Source: Mizuhopecten yessoensis
Taxonomy: Eukaryota
Length of the DNA: 64,000 nucleotides
Assembly: GCF_002113885.1 (NCBI RefSeq)
Contig: NW_018408787.1
Span: 775,319 to 839,318 of the forward strand
Reading direction: 5' to 3'
Shown: in pieces, positions 24,187 to 38,378 of the stretch
How positions within the stretch are numbered: position 1 is the first letter of the stretch
Layout: the number at the start of each line of letters is the position of its first letter
Made by a program: the position numbers and the translations under genes
The notes under the pieces: model-generated
Databases searched by the model: none
Told to the model about the DNA's origin: nothing
The model's input: only the letters and a program-made list of their open reading frames with translations

Positions 24187-24522
24187 GCCGGCAGACTGTT
24201 CTCAATAACTCAACAATTCAACTGTTCTGATAAGCGGTTATACATAATACGTAACCCAATATGTATTTATTTATGACTCTTGTTTCATGTAAATGCTACA
24301 TGACAAACATTAATTTATGAAATTGTTGATTCGTATATACGCACAGTGTCGCAATATATGCAAATATTTTACATGAATGTTGTTTGATTTTCACTTAAAT
24401 CGAGCAATACAGTGTCTTGGAATAGATTTGCTTTTTTACATAAAATCCTCTATGATTCCAGCCGTGTTATTGTCTAGCAAAGTCATCTGGACAGAACGTT
24501 AGCTAGGGTACCAATGGCCCTT

Positions 24523-24911
24523 CCAACGTTTGATAACAGTACATTATCTGCAACACTTATCCAACGTTTGATAACATTACATTATCTGCAACACTTATCC
24601 AACGTTTGATAACAGTACATTATCTGTAACTCTTGTCCAACGTTTGATAACAGTACATTATCTGCAACTCCTGACCAACGTTTGATAACAGTACATTATC
24701 TGCAACACTTATCCAACGTTTGATAACAGTACATTATCTGCAACCCTTATCCAACGTTTGATAACTGTACATTATCTGCAACTCCAGTCCAACGTTTGAT
24801 AACAGTACATTATCTGTACTCTTGTCCAACGTTTGATAACAGTACATTATCTGCAACTCCTGACCAACGTTTGATAACAGTACATTATCTGCAACACTTA
24901 TCCAACGTTTG
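24523..24911. repeat. 38-bp minisatellite, ~10 copies
   Basis: Unit CCAACGTTTGATAACAGTACATTATCTGCAACACTTAT. Confidence 0.95.
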
Positions 24912-27900
24912 CTTATATATAGCAAAATTACTAGCAAGATCAGAGGAAGTTCGTTCCAAAGGTGATGTGCGTACAGCGTATTCACCTTTCCTTGAAGTAA
25001 ATTATTAAGAAAATAATGTCCGAAAAGAGCACTCGTTCTGTAAGACTGGAAAAATTAGATGCACGACGTCAGCACAGATATTGTACGACGTTGGCAATGA
25101 TAATGTGTACGTGAAAATCGACGATTGAACTAGTTTCCGTTGGTAGCAAGAAATAAAGAGGTATTTCCATCTTTTGTTCAATTTAGTTTTTATCTATTTC
25201 CAATACATAGCAAGTGTTGGTTTACAATTGGCCTCCTACTCCCATAGAAACATTTGGGATTCAGGTCACTTCTTTCATTTCTTATTATTCTAGAAGAATT
25301 GGCTTGAGATGATTGTAAGTGGTGATCAATTTGAAGCCCTTTTTGATGAAAGTGTTCTCCGGGGCCCATATGTGAGTGATACAGACAAGACAACATTGCA
25401 TTGTCCACATTAGAAAGATCAAGGTTAGATAGTTGTCAAACACAATGTGACATAGAGGGGCGACATGCTACTCTACTGTGTCCCGATCACACTAGGCAGG
25501 GATACCATTTAACTTTGTTCTTGGGGGGTCTTTCGATATGTGGACACCGTCGACCTTAACATGCTAAGCTATATTTTTGTTATGCATTATTTGTTGATAG
25601 ACTGTTGTTTGAAACATCACAATCTAAAACGTTTGATTATAATAGCATGATTTATAAAAATGTTGAAAACATGGGCACATCGCTTCAGGAAGCATTGTTA
25701 TCTATTCATTATACGTATTATCATACGTAATATGCATATTTAACTCCAACGTTGAATTGGTCCATATTACTTTGATAAAAGTACGTTTCTTGACTGTAAC
25801 ATAAACTACCCAGGATCTATATTAGTTATCCTCGGCATTCGAAAGTACAATCGCACAGTTTACAGTATACACTTTGTGATGTACATTACATTTGACTAAT
25901 TCAAAAACATCTGTACGGAAGAAAGTGCAAGTCATAAGCATGTTTATATGCACATCATTTTATGAGACTGTGAGGAACATACTTTGTTCACGACTTCAGT
26001 GTTTTTATGAGGCTGTACATACCAATGTCAAGTTGTCACTTAAATGTGTTCTTTACTCAGGCTTTCTCATTCACATTTCAGTCGTCATGTACACAGGTGG
26101 GATGCGCGTTCACAGAAATTTACGTTCCGCTGAAGCGATTATGCATTAATTATGTTTTTAATGACACCTCATTATCTAACAATAGCAAGTGCAATAGTTA
26201 TTCTATCGCATATAATTCAATCGTTTAAGGGATTTCCATTCGCTCGCTACTTGACCGATCAAAGAAACAAATATGTGTGATTCGATAAGCATATGCAGAT
26301 TTCCACTGATCTATCTAATTCAAATATAAGACAAAACATGACAATATGTCGGATAACCCTCTTAGGAGCCCCTTTTACCATGGTATATCGGGTAACTATG
26401 ATAGGTGTGTAACTCTATGCGTCATGTACATGTGACACTCGCTTCACAAGAGAGCTGGAATGCTTATAAAAGATTTTAAAACGCATTAAACTTGTCTCTT
26501 TATTTTGCCGTATTTATCGTATTTTATGCAGGAGGGATTTTACAACACTTCTCTCGAAACTGTCATACTAAACAAATTCACTTTTGAATGATGAAAATTA
26601 ATCAGTACGGAGTAATACGAAATTTTATTATATGTATTGGCTTTTACCTAAATATAAGGAATAACATTAAATTATTTAAGTATTTTACTGTCAGTTTGGT
26701 TAGTTGTTTTTTAGGATCTAAATGGTACTGACCAACTTCAACAATTTGAAGATAATTGTTCGACCTGGGGGAATCACTTAAGCAGTTTTGAGTAAGCAAT
26801 TGAACAATATCCTTTATTAATCATTAACAATACAAAGGGGATTCTTTGTCTTAACACAAACCTCGTCTATATAGGGAAACATGAGTAGCAATTTGTATCT
26901 AAATTTGCATCAAGAAAATTCATAATAATGTTTAAAGTAGTTTTCTTTCATATTTTAATGCATTAATTGTTTTTTCAAATTCCTAATATTGCTCTCTAAA
27001 AACGACAAAAACACAGTTGTGATTTAGACAACGATTGTAATTTCAAATGAATAGCTGTTTTTTATACCATCTCTTAAACGTCACATCAAAACCAGCAAGG
27101 TTCAACACTTTCACGAGAATATGTGACGTTTTTAATACGAAACAAGGTTTAGCCGTCTAATTTGGTTTATCATTTTATACGATTGTGAACGATGTTTGTG
27201 AAAGGTTTAAACACTGTTTTAACATCGATCGAAGTAAAAGGAGGGGTTCAATGAAGATCTGAATCATATGCTGTGGTGAAGATTGCATCACTAACTGTAT
27301 TACACTGTGGACGAAAAGTAAAAACAAAACATGGAATGTGATATTAAATAATAATTTTATTATGCCATATATATTTAAAACAATTAAAGTAAAAGCAAAT
27401 GTCCTTAATCGAAAGATATATAATTGTCACGAATAACAATAAACAAGACGGTTGTCACTGGACGTGATGCACTCGTCAAACATCTTAACATTCACATCAG
27501 AGCACCCCAGTATGAACTATAAATCGGTTTGATTTCGTGAGAATTGAGTATTGAGGGAAAAAAACATGCTCTAATCCCGAATTCAGACATTCGCGAATAA
27601 GTATACCCTACCGAACATAAAGACATTGTTATTTCTGGTATATCATAACACTGTTAAACATGTCAGTAGAGATGTGTTGTATGCCACTTTTTATCAAGGT
27701 TTTTTAGTCGAGATGTAGAAAGCTTCTTAAATGTTTTGATGACAATTTCAGCCTTAAAAAGGTATTTGCTTGTTATGTTGTCATGGTAATTACAACAATG
27801 AGAAAGATATTCCGTACAAACGATACGTTTTTTCTTATCATAACATGATTGACTCGAATATATACTGTTTGTAGAAGAGATCGATTGAGGGAGGATTATA

Positions 27901-29842
27901 TCTAACTTCCACGATATTGTATCTCGTGTATACAAAAATTGAAAGGACATTCATATGAATAAAATTGTCAACTACCATCACATATAACCACCACCGTGTT
28001 GGCAGTACGTTACCTGGAGTATTCGGGTGTATATTAAACTCCATGTATTTCTCGTGATGCCAAGTAAAGGTTATTTTTAAATTAACATTTTAATTGTTGT
28101 CTCTTTTTTTAATGTAATTGGGAACTTGTACAGTTTTAGTAGAACAGTTAAATCAGCTTCAAACTCTTTTAAAACGAAATTTGCTTTAAACAATCGCCGT
28201 TACAGGTTCAAAAAGGACTGAAACGCATATCGACTGCAACCTGATATTTCATGTATAATCATCCATGGAGGAAAATACAGTGTTCCATAGCCAGGTCCTG
28301 AAATCAAATAGCACTTACTGTACAATCACAATACACCGTGTTACTGTTATGTAAGAGAATCAGACACAAACACTTTTTACTACACTTGTACAAGTAATAC
28401 ATATATTCAAAACTTATGATTGTGATCCAAGAGGTGCACGGCCCCCTGTGATGGAGATATCAAGTAATACTGATTTTATTAACCCGGGTACCGTGATAGA
28501 AATAAAAATATTTATTTACATAGTTTATCCAGGCCTCAATGTAATAACTAATCAATTTCTTATGAATTTATAGATGTGAAGTCGGGATATTATTTTGAGT
28601 TAATATGAGTTTTTAGTTAATATGTAATAACCAAATTTAGCATGAAGACTTTAAGTGAATTATATTTGAATACCATTGTAAATCTAATGTAAATAGAATA
28701 CCATCAGCACATTATATCAAAGGAAGCATAATTGGAAAAAAAAACGTAAATATCAGCTTAGAGTGACACGCAACGTATTTTGCCCTATCTGTAATATATT
28801 CAGAAATACTCAACCATATCCACGCTGGAAACTATGCTGACCTCTATGGCCAAATTGAAATTGATAATATTATACAAGCCACATATAGGCATCACATTAC
28901 ATGATAGCAATGTTTTAAGAGGAAAGATCTTTTGTTGACATATATGACAACCTGTGAGGTCCTTTCATTAGAGCGTTCCAATGAAGTACACGCGATAAAC
29001 GTAAGGTAGCATACTATAGGAAATCAACTTCCTCGTGTAACACAATCATTGAACATGCACGTGCAAATAACACAACTCGAAGTACACGCGTGGCAAACTA
29101 AAAACAGCTCGCAAAAACGCTGACGAGCGTGATTAAAAGGTTTTAATATTTTTTGAAATAATGAAAAACAGTTTATGAATTACAGTTAAGACCCAACCTA
29201 CCAATTTGAAATATTTCCTTTTCATAAATAAAAACGTTCACGGATGTCCTTTGTATATTTTTTAAACAGAAAATTTCAAGTTTATACAAACATAAATTTG
29301 ATTATGTTGAAATGGTAACAGGAACAAATTATCGCATAAGCATAATTTGAGTTGCTTTGAAATTATGAAGATTACGCAGATAGTGATATCACCTGTTTAA
29401 TAACAAAGGAAACACAGCAATGCGTATAATACAAACTTGTAGAATGTGACGCTGATCTCCCCAATGCTTGTTTGCCATACAAGATCGGTTTGGTATTGAA
29501 GAATTGTTCTAGGCAACGAAGTGGTGTCAAAATAACTAACATATATGTCAAAGTGAAAAATACTTCAGGAAAGGATTGATCAGGAAAACGGCAAAAACGC
29601 AGTACACAATGTACATTTAAGACATTGTGACCAAACAGTGTGTATCACATGAGAGATCCTTGGAAATGACTTCAAATAACAAACTTATTAAAGTACTTAT
29701 CAACGATATAGTAAATATGAACAATTACTTAGGTCAAATAGGTCAAACTTCCGCGTTCAAACATCCGTGTCGTACAACAGTAGAGTGGGTAGGACACATT
29801 GTGTAGTAGGGTCGTAAAATACTCTGTCTGCTTAGATCAATG

Positions 29843-30171
29843 ATAATAATAATAACTCGAGGTTCTTATATACCGCTTTATCACAACCTAGTTCGTAGAT
29901 CGTCTCAAAGCGGTTCACAAATTATTATCCGTGGTTATATCTTTCTCAACTCCCTGGGGAGCATACAGCAGGTGCTGCCATTTCGGCGCTTACCGGTAGC
30001 ATTCAACAATTCTAGCATTGCCCAACCACGTACTCATTAACAGCTTAGTAGACTGGGACAAGCGGGGTAAAGTATCTTTCTCAAAGATACAACACAGTGC
30101 CGTGTTGTGACTCGAACCCGCAACCCTTCGGTAGTGAGTCCAGCAACCTATCACTACACTACTGTGCCTCC
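29843..30171 (-). mobile_element. tRNA-derived SINE with CORE-like centre and (ATT)n tail
   Basis: Minus strand: head with A box and B box GGTTCGAGTC; CORE-like GTATCTTTGAGAAAGATACTTTACCC..GCTGTTAATGAGTAC; CTCCCCAGGGAGTTGAG; L2-like tail CGCTTTGAGACG..TAAAGCGGTATATAAG; then (ATT)n. Confidence 0.8.
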
Positions 30172-32109
30172 TTTACCGCACTATACATACATTGTGTGGT
30201 TAGATTTTTTCCAACCCCTATCCATAAATTGTCCTTTACCGTTATGATCACACTACGTCCAAACGACACAAGAGGGCTAATTGTTCACACACGGAACAGC
30301 GTCCTTATAACACCTTTTCACAGAAAAGTAAAACGAAAACAGGAACATAACGTACATCTACTACGATAAACGGTGTATAACAGGATATTTGTGATCAATG
30401 AAAAATGTTAAGTATCACTTTCACTTCAAGTCAGAAATGATCGACCATGAAACTAAATTCATAACATAGAATTGACAGTAATACAAGTAAAATCTGAGCT
30501 TGAGTGTACTTTTTGTACAAAATTACGGGCGGAAACGTTAGTTATTGGGTGTTCTACTCGATCTTCTAAGTTCCTATTTACAAAAATTGAAAGAGAAATA
30601 AGAATTAACGATTTAACAAGACTTACCGGTTATTGAACTTTAATTAGATAAAGTACAAGCACGAAAGTGAAAAACGGCCTCCTTTATCGGTGAAAATGAC
30701 ATTGATTTTACTACTAACCGCAACGTTAAACAGGTAATGCCATCAAACAAATGTCCGTTATATCACCCACTGTGACGTCACACAGAACCAAAGGATGACC
30801 TCATAATTTTAAGGCAAAATTGGTGCAGGTTGTGGTTGGGTTAATGATGAAGAGGATTACACACTCGTTCCAATTTCATCACTACATAATAAGGCCTCGT
30901 CTGAGATCTTCTGTGTATAGTGTCATTAACGTGTTTAAAACTCATCTCAATCAAAACAGCAATATGCTGGAATATTATTTATAATTAAATTAGTTTATAA
31001 TGGAACTACCACTTCGTTTAATATCGGGAATATACTGTTATCATTTAAGACCCCTTTGTGCTGCCTTTAGGGCAAAAAAGAGTGAATGCTGTAAGCTGAT
31101 AAAATTTGTTCCAATGTTGTTATAAAATACAATGTACATAAAACTCACTATTATTATGACTATCAAATAACATGAGATTCGAAACTAAACAAGGTGAAAC
31201 AAATCTCGTAAAAATCTTAACCGATTGGTTATATAAAATTGATTGTTGTAATAATCATCCGCCTGATCTACTCGAACGTAGCATTTATAGTGTCTGCAAT
31301 CTGTACGACTATTTTATACCTAAACTTTATTACAGAACACCGCGTACAGTAACAGGCTCAAGTTTGCACACGAGTGGTAAACAAATCTGTCTATTTAAAA
31401 TCCCGTCACACGTGGAATGAAAGTATACATATACACATTTACATAGAGGATTATTAATACATTAGTAATATACACATGGTAAAAGTTGTTCAAACAATTT
31501 CATAGATGGCAACGTAAATATACCAACAAAACATCAAATACATGCTATACCTGTACAGTTCATTTAACTAAATATGTAGCGACTCCTACCAACAACATTG
31601 GTTCAATCATGGAAGAAATCTCATACATCGATATATCCTCCTACATAGTTATATATATATAGAAGAAGTGGTATTATCTACAATACGTTTTATATTTCAA
31701 CCACTATATATGATATGATATATATAAGAGTTGCTCATCAATATCGGAATAATAAAAACTTAATCACAATTAATCCTGTGGAAGATAAAGATATTTTTAC
31801 AATTATTGATCAAACGCGTACAAAACAAACTAAATTATACGGGGAATGTATTTTCCACAAAAATAGTACGAACACATCAAAAACGATATTGAAACGTCAT
31901 AAAAACTTGCTAAAAGGCGATATGGTATGTAGTAAAAGTGCAGTGCCTAATGAATCACGTTTGAAATACTAATGATGCAAACAAATCCGCACTGGCAAAC
32001 TGATTAATGAAAGACATGTTATCTTTTCTTAAAATGGTACAAAATTACATTATTGTGTAGACAATCACTAAACGGAAACCGCTACTGGCTGAACGTGAAA
32101 GAAACCTGT

Positions 32110-32530
32110 ACTTGTCGTAAGTAAAGGAAACCTCCTTTTATCATAAGCAAAGTTGTCCTCTTGATGGTACAAAGTAAAGGAAATCTCTACTGGTCATAAG
32201 TGAAGGAGACACTATAGGCCATGGGGGTTTGATACCTCTACTGATAAAGGAAACCTCTAATGGTCAAAATTAAAGGAAACATGTACTGGTCATAAGTACA
32301 GGAAACTTCTACTGGTGATAATTAAAGGAAATTCTAACGGCTGTGTAGTAAATAAAACATCTACTGGCCACAGGTAAAGGACACCTCTACTGGTTATCAG
32401 TAAAGGAACACTCTAATGGACGAACTTAAAGGAAATATCTAATGGTGGTGTAGTAAAGGAAATCTTTACATGGTTATCAGTAAAGGAAATCTCTGAAGGC
32501 TGTGTAGTAAAAAGAAACGTTACTAGCAGC
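32110..32530. repeat. Degenerate ~26-bp minisatellite
   Basis: Recurrent AGTAAAGGAAACCTCTACTGGTCATA variants. Confidence 0.75.
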
Positions 32531-33053
32531 AAGTGTAAAACTCCTTTCGGCATTCCCTGTTAAACAACAGGTATTCCTTGTGAAATAACAAATTGCGTAG
32601 ATTGAAATATTTACAAAGAATTCAATTGCTAAAGGCCTGATTATACTTACGGCTATCTTGTATACAAGTGAATTTGTAAAAATATATTAAAATTCAAAAG
32701 TCAAACGACATGAGTACGAATTAAAAATTATCGTTCGAAGATAAAATATAGTAATATATTTACAAATTGTCAGACATTTTTTTAAAAACTAGCATTTTGA
32801 ACTTTTGCGTCGATCATTATTGTCACCACAACAAAGCTAACATAACATATACTAGAGAAGGTTGTAAACTTCTGTAATTAAAACATCGAATAATATAGAG
32901 CGAAAAATAAAAATTGTGTAGTTTATGTATTTTTGTCTTTCAAAGCTGAGCAAGACATACTAGACCATCTCAATGGTGACTGTAGGTGTCGTTCATAAAA
33001 TAAAAAGTAAACTATCCTTTTAGCACATACCAACGGCGAAGGGGCGACAATCA

Positions 33054-33321
33054 AACCACATACAGGTAAACACACATCTATAGTAGATTGGTTCTGGAAC
33101 CACATACAAGTAAACACACATCTATAGTAGATTGGTTCAGGAACCACATACAAGTAAACACACATCTATAGTAGATTGGGTCAGGAACCACATACAAGTA
33201 AACACACATCTATAGTAGATTTGTTCTGGAACCACATACAAGTAAACACACATCTATAGTAGATTGGTTCTGGAACCATATACAAGTAAACACACATCTA
33301 TAGTAGATTGGTTCTGGAACA
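33054..33321. repeat. 44-bp tandem repeat, 6 copies
   Basis: Unit AACCACATACAAGTAAACACACATCTATAGTAGATTGGTTCTGG. Confidence 0.95.
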
Positions 33322-34910
33322 TGGATGCTTTTTTATACAAATGTCATACTTGGTTAATGTTAGAATGCGTAGCCTGGAGAATAAAAGAAAAATTATATTA
33401 ATGTTCTTTCGTAAGAGATCAGCGTATTTGGGTTTTAAAAAGTACACACTTGCATGTCTTTATTTTACTAAAATTTCTGAGTATATAACCTTTACAGATC
33501 TGATATATGTCTATTATTTCAATAATGCCATAAGCTACAAACTCAAGTTAAAAGTCAGCCTTGCTTAATGACTTAATTTTAGCGTATTCAATAAAACAGT
33601 TGTTAATCAAAATGTGTGATTTATGTTGCTTGTTTACAATGGTTTAACATCATCGAATATGCAACTGACGCCTTAGAACAGAAAAAATGCTATTAATACC
33701 GTTTACGTCTACACCACTGTAATAGACGACATCAGCTCACTGTTTGTGAGTCGATAGCTAGTGTTAATGCAAAAAATAAGTAGATTCCGAGAAGATTAGC
33801 AAGGCTTTAGCAAAACGCTCGATAGCAAGATAGCAGAATGGACTGAAATATCCATTAGACATACATCATTTCGAAACATAGCACTCGTGATGAAAAAGGT
33901 GCTGTTATCGATACCAGTTTCCTTACAGGGACACATTTCGTCAACTATCTATACTGAAATAACACACAAATGATGTATTGGAATATAGTAAATGGTGGGA
34001 GTTTTGTCTCAGTCTTTATCAAATGAATATAACGATAAGCAATAGTTCCTCCGATGACAATATTCTCATTATAACGCACATGAATAGAGGTGCTTGCTGA
34101 TGGCTGTAATGTAGTTCCAATGTATAGTATACACATCGGTATGGCCTAAATACCACTGATAAACTAGCTGCACTGATTTCTAAGTGCACTTTGTGTCTGA
34201 TTTAAAATTCACCCAACTAAAAATGTCCACTGCTTGTAATTTGCCGACAGTCTAAAAGCGCTATTTGCTGCCTAGTTTTCCTGTTTAAATTGGTAAAGGT
34301 CACTGGTATACGGACAGTGAAATGCATCATTGATCTGATAATGTAAGGTATCCTACTATGGTCAGCCTCGGACCTCTAGGAGTCACGCTCTCTAACCATC
34401 TCCTAACAGAACATGAAGTAACCCCTGGAGTTATGAGGTTTCTCTGTGGTATATTGTACGTGTTGCTAGTATAAATACCAATCACACTGTTCTCGTCTGG
34501 CTATTCAGTCAGATTTGGATAACGTACATTACTGGGTCATGCATGCATTATAATATATCCCTTCTTTTTTTGTTAAGCTGGTTTTACCATACTTAGCAGG
34601 AATAATATATTTACAAAAAAAAGTATCAACCCTACAAGTTGTTATCAGGGCTCATAATAATTTACAAATAGCCAAGTTTTCTTCGCTAGACTATGAGATT
34701 TTCTTTGTTAACTTTATATGTGGTTTTGATCTTTTTAAAGGTTTATTATACCTTGCTGTTGTCTGTAGTGTTGTGTAATAAATCAGTTAGATTTATTATA
34801 GGGTTAAGAATAAAATTATTCATAATTTCCAATACCAGAATGTTGAACCCCGACGGGTTACCAGTACAATTTCATGCCAATTTAATACGTAGCTAAGACA
34901 ACATTCCCGG

Positions 34911-36452
34911 TCACATGTCCCTTTCAAGGTCGCTCATCCTCAGCTTCCGGTCTCCCGACGGGTAGTCGCTGTACTCGTTGTCCACAGTAAAGGGAACGTC
35001 ATCTGTCTGGCGTGCGTAACGGTAGTACCTCCACCGCAAAACCATTGTGCGGCGGAACCGGAGGATGATAGCAACAATCGCAATCAACACTATCGCGACA
35101 ATTGCGAATATAATACCGTTCGTGATCCTATTGGACACTTCCGTGTGGTCAACACAAGGTAAAGTATCGTCATTAAGATCCCACACACTCTTATGTTTAA
35201 ACTCTGGCGGACTTGCGCACATCAGCTGCGATATTACGTTTTGGTTCGCAGGCTGATTCCAAGCATGCGGCTTTGAAAGCCATTTCAGCGCGCAGTCACA
35301 GTGGAGCGGATTGTTTATTAGGTTTAACACTTTCAAGTGGTCCCAGTTCCCAAGACTTTCCGGGAAAGTTGTAAGGTTACAGTTGCCTAGAAATAGTGTA
35401 TGTAATTGTTTCTGGTTTTGGAATAAACCATCCGGGAGACTTTGCAAGCCTTTGTTACCATTCATATGTATTGTTTTGAGCAATTTTAACATTCGGAAAG
35501 CACCTGGTTGTATATCTGTCAGGTTGAGATTATAAGACATCCTAAATTGAAGAAGACCTGGAAATCCGATCATTGCGTCGGAGGGAATAGAGTCAATCAT
35601 ATTGCCACTTAAAACAATACCATGCAGGCGATTTAAGTTGTTTAACGGTGGGAACTCGGTCAACTTATTGTCTCCTAAAAAGATGAAGTTGATCTTCAAG
35701 GATTGGTTGCCTCCGGTTTCGTTAACAACAAATGCTTTGTCGCTTAATATCGAAATTTGATTATCCGATAAATACAATGACCTGAGGGTTAGGCAGTGGG
35801 TAAAATCGTACGCGTTCACGGTCTTGATACGATTTCCGGAAAGAGTGAGTGCGTATAACCTCGGAAAGTTTTGTAGAATTCTCTTCGGCACTGTTGCCAA
35901 TTGGTTGTGTCCTAGGTCCAGAACTGTTACGTTGGGAAGACGTCCAAAGCTGTCAGAATATATGACAGTTATCTTGTTATACGACAGATCTAGTATTTTA
36001 AGATTAGTCATATTCCAGAATGTATGGGCGTCCAACGTGGATATATTGTTGTTTGGCAGTTCTAATGTGGTTAGCACTGGTAGGTCAACAAAGGTCCCGG
36101 GTCTTACGAACTCGAACAAATTCTTGTTCATCATAATCCACTTTAATTTGTCCATTCCTTGAAAAGTATCATTGTCTACCATTTCAACACCGCTACTAGT
36201 AATTTGCAGAGTTTCAAGATTCTTAAAGATATATAGTCTTGTAGTGAGACTAGTCAGATTGTTTCCTATTATACATAATGTTTTTATCAAGGACGCGTTC
36301 GGGAATTTTTCCGGAAAGTCTGTTACTCCGGAACAATTTTCGACTTTACCGTTCGTTAGATCGCAATCACAACTTCCGGGACAGCTAAGGACTACACTCG
36401 AGGAAAGGCCGAAGAGTGCTGCTAGACACGTCAGTAAGAATACAGTCGCCAT
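34911..36452 (-). CDS. Type I leucine-rich repeat transmembrane protein (SP-LRRNT-LRRs-LRRCT-TM-short tail, no TIR/Ig), 513 aa
   Basis: Acceptor TTGCTTTCAG (plus-strand 36465-36466) precedes ATG 36452. Features: signal peptide MATVFLLTCLAALFGLSSS; CPGSCDC LRRNT; ~14 LxxLxLxxNxI repeats; NPLHCDC..CASP..LPC LRRCT; TM GIIFAIVAIVLIAIVAIIL; ~49-aa Tyr-rich tail. Confidence 0.93.
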   Translation of the reverse strand: MATVFLLTCLAALFGLSSSVVLSCPGSCDCDLTNGKVENCSGVTDFPEKFPNASLIKTLCIIGNNLTSLTTRLYIFKNLETLQITSSGVEMVDNDTFQGMDKLKWIMMNKNLFEFVRPGTFVDLPVLTTLELPNNNISTLDAHTFWNMTNLKILDLSYNKITVIYSDSFGRLPNVTVLDLGHNQLATVPKRILQNFPRLYALTLSGNRIKTVNAYDFTHCLTLRSLYLSDNQISILSDKAFVVNETGGNQSLKINFIFLGDNKLTEFPPLNNLNRLHGIVLSGNMIDSIPSDAMIGFPGLLQFRMSYNLNLTDIQPGAFRMLKLLKTIHMNGNKGLQSLPDGLFQNQKQLHTLFLGNCNLTTFPESLGNWDHLKVLNLINNPLHCDCALKWLSKPHAWNQPANQNVISQLMCASPPEFKHKSVWDLNDDTLPCVDHTEVSNRITNGIIFAIVAIVLIAIVAIILRFRRTMVLRWRYYRYARQTDDVPFTVDNEYSDYPSGDRKLRMSDLERDM

Positions 36453-36771
36453 GCTTCCCTGGGTCTGAAAGCAATTGAACATTATAAAAGTGTATGTTTT
36501 GTTTCACTTTGCCCGAAATCGGTACATTTTCTTTTTAATTTATTCAGTCTTAAAATTATTTTTACATCTACAAAATATAATAATAATAAAAAGATAATAA
36601 ATCGACTATTGCTTAATGTATTATTTGTGGTAGTTGCCATACACTATCATTACATAGAGATAAAAAACAGACCTAAAGTAAGAAACTCTCTGTGACAACT
36701 CATATGATAAGAATACAGACACAAAAGACCCATTGGTACCTACGATCTTTGTAAGGCTTACTTGTAATTGT

Positions 36772-37100
36772 TTTAGTTTAGTTAGGTTTTATATTGTTAT
36801 TTAAGGTCGTACCTTCAAGTGTGTTGTGTAAGTGTGCATGTGTGTATGTGTGTCGGAGACAGGGTATGTTGGTGAATTTGCCTCCTTGTGATAGCGCGGA
36901 TCTCATGCCGACTTTATAGTAGTGCTATCTCATTGAACCTTCCGTCCCCGTCACATTATACTGACAACGGGTGAACCAGTTGTTGCCATTACGCAAATGC
37001 TGAACGTTAAGCAGGGAATAACAACTACTATTTTTAAGGTCTTTGATATGTCCCGGCCTGGGGACAGAACATATTGCCTTCCTCATCTCGGCGGACGTTC
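36772..37100 (-). mobile_element. Decayed tRNA-derived SINE (Meta-domain type, bivalve-like) in the 5'UTR intron of the LRR gene
   Basis: Plus strand shows CCCCGTCACATTATACTGACAACGGGTGAACCAGT..AATGCTGAACGTTAAGCAGGG..TTTTAAGGTCTTTGATATGTCCCGGCC, a block I recognise from molluscan SINEs. The tail is (TTAG)n-like. Confidence 0.6.
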
Positions 37101-38378
37101 AAAGTGGGGTGTTGCCAAGCGGTATCACTGAAATGGACATTATAGTATAGAACACCAACTGTGAATGGAGGCTCCATCCCGGATTGCCAGGCACAGACTT
37201 TTTAATGGTTGGTTTGAAAGATAAGATACCCCATTCCCAAAGGGAAAAGAGTTTCGGGGTTTCCATTACCAGAAATATTTTAAATGCTTCATGGATGAGC
37301 TCGTGGTCCATTACGAGTTTCTTGATACATTTTATCACATTACATGGGAAGGCCTTTAGCTAGCTGGGTGACAATGGAACTTTAAACCCTAATATATAGT
37401 GGATACCAGCATGTGTTGTATGATTGAACTTTAACTACTACAACTCATACGCCTTGGGTGTGGTACCTTAAATTATATGACTTCGGCGATTTGGTTTTAT
37501 TTATACAAAGTCAATAAAAACATCCAAACACAAGGTTTGTTTATACTTAGACAACAATCAAAGCGACCCCTGTGTCGTTTTGTCACAATTAACTAGTATT
37601 TACTGGTTTTGGCACATCACTCTTGTTTTATTTTATCTAAATGTGTACTGACTACTGGGGCCGACGTTCGACACTTCAATAAAAATATAGAACGAAAAGC
37701 AACATGAGCATGACACCTACTTCAAATAAGCAATAATGTTCATTGTAGAAAGAATATTATCATATACGGTACGTACTATTCCTGGCTCAGGGCATTGGTA
37801 CTATATAGTATTGTACCTGACCTTTGTCACGTTATGAATGATATAAAAGGAACAGTGAGACAGACGCTACAACCTAAATACAGACCCCTGGGCATGCGTA
37901 CAGACATGTCGGATATATGTGTGACACCTGTACAATAGCCATAACTAAAAAAATGTCCCCAAACTAGTGTAACAAGATACCGGCAATTCCATTTAGTAAA
38001 CAACGTTACGCTGTGACACCACCACCATGCAAGATAACATCGATATATATTGTTAGAAACTCGTTCCGCACATATGAATATACCAGTAGTTTTGCAATAT
38101 TTGTATTTATACATTATGCATAACGATGTGTCTGGCTTCTATATATGTGGATATAAAAACAGAAAACAATATTCCAATAATATTAATATCAAACAAACTA
38201 CATACTGCCGGACCGGCCTATTCCATAATGAGATACCGTTCCATTCAAATCGATATCCATACATGGACAGATATTGAGCAATATATCCAAGTGATTTTTC
38301 TCACATATCTGTTCATACACAGGTACATTACCCGATACCGGTACACACACACGGCACACACCTGTATCTACGACTCAC

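Noticed and set aside
35047-36468. Plus-strand ORFs overlapping the LRR gene, and antisense ORFs over the trio
   Set aside because: Shadow frames of the real coding sequences.
37099-37420. Possible Penelope-like remnant on the minus strand
   Set aside because: Only vague similarity, with no diagnostic RT or GIY-YIG motif.
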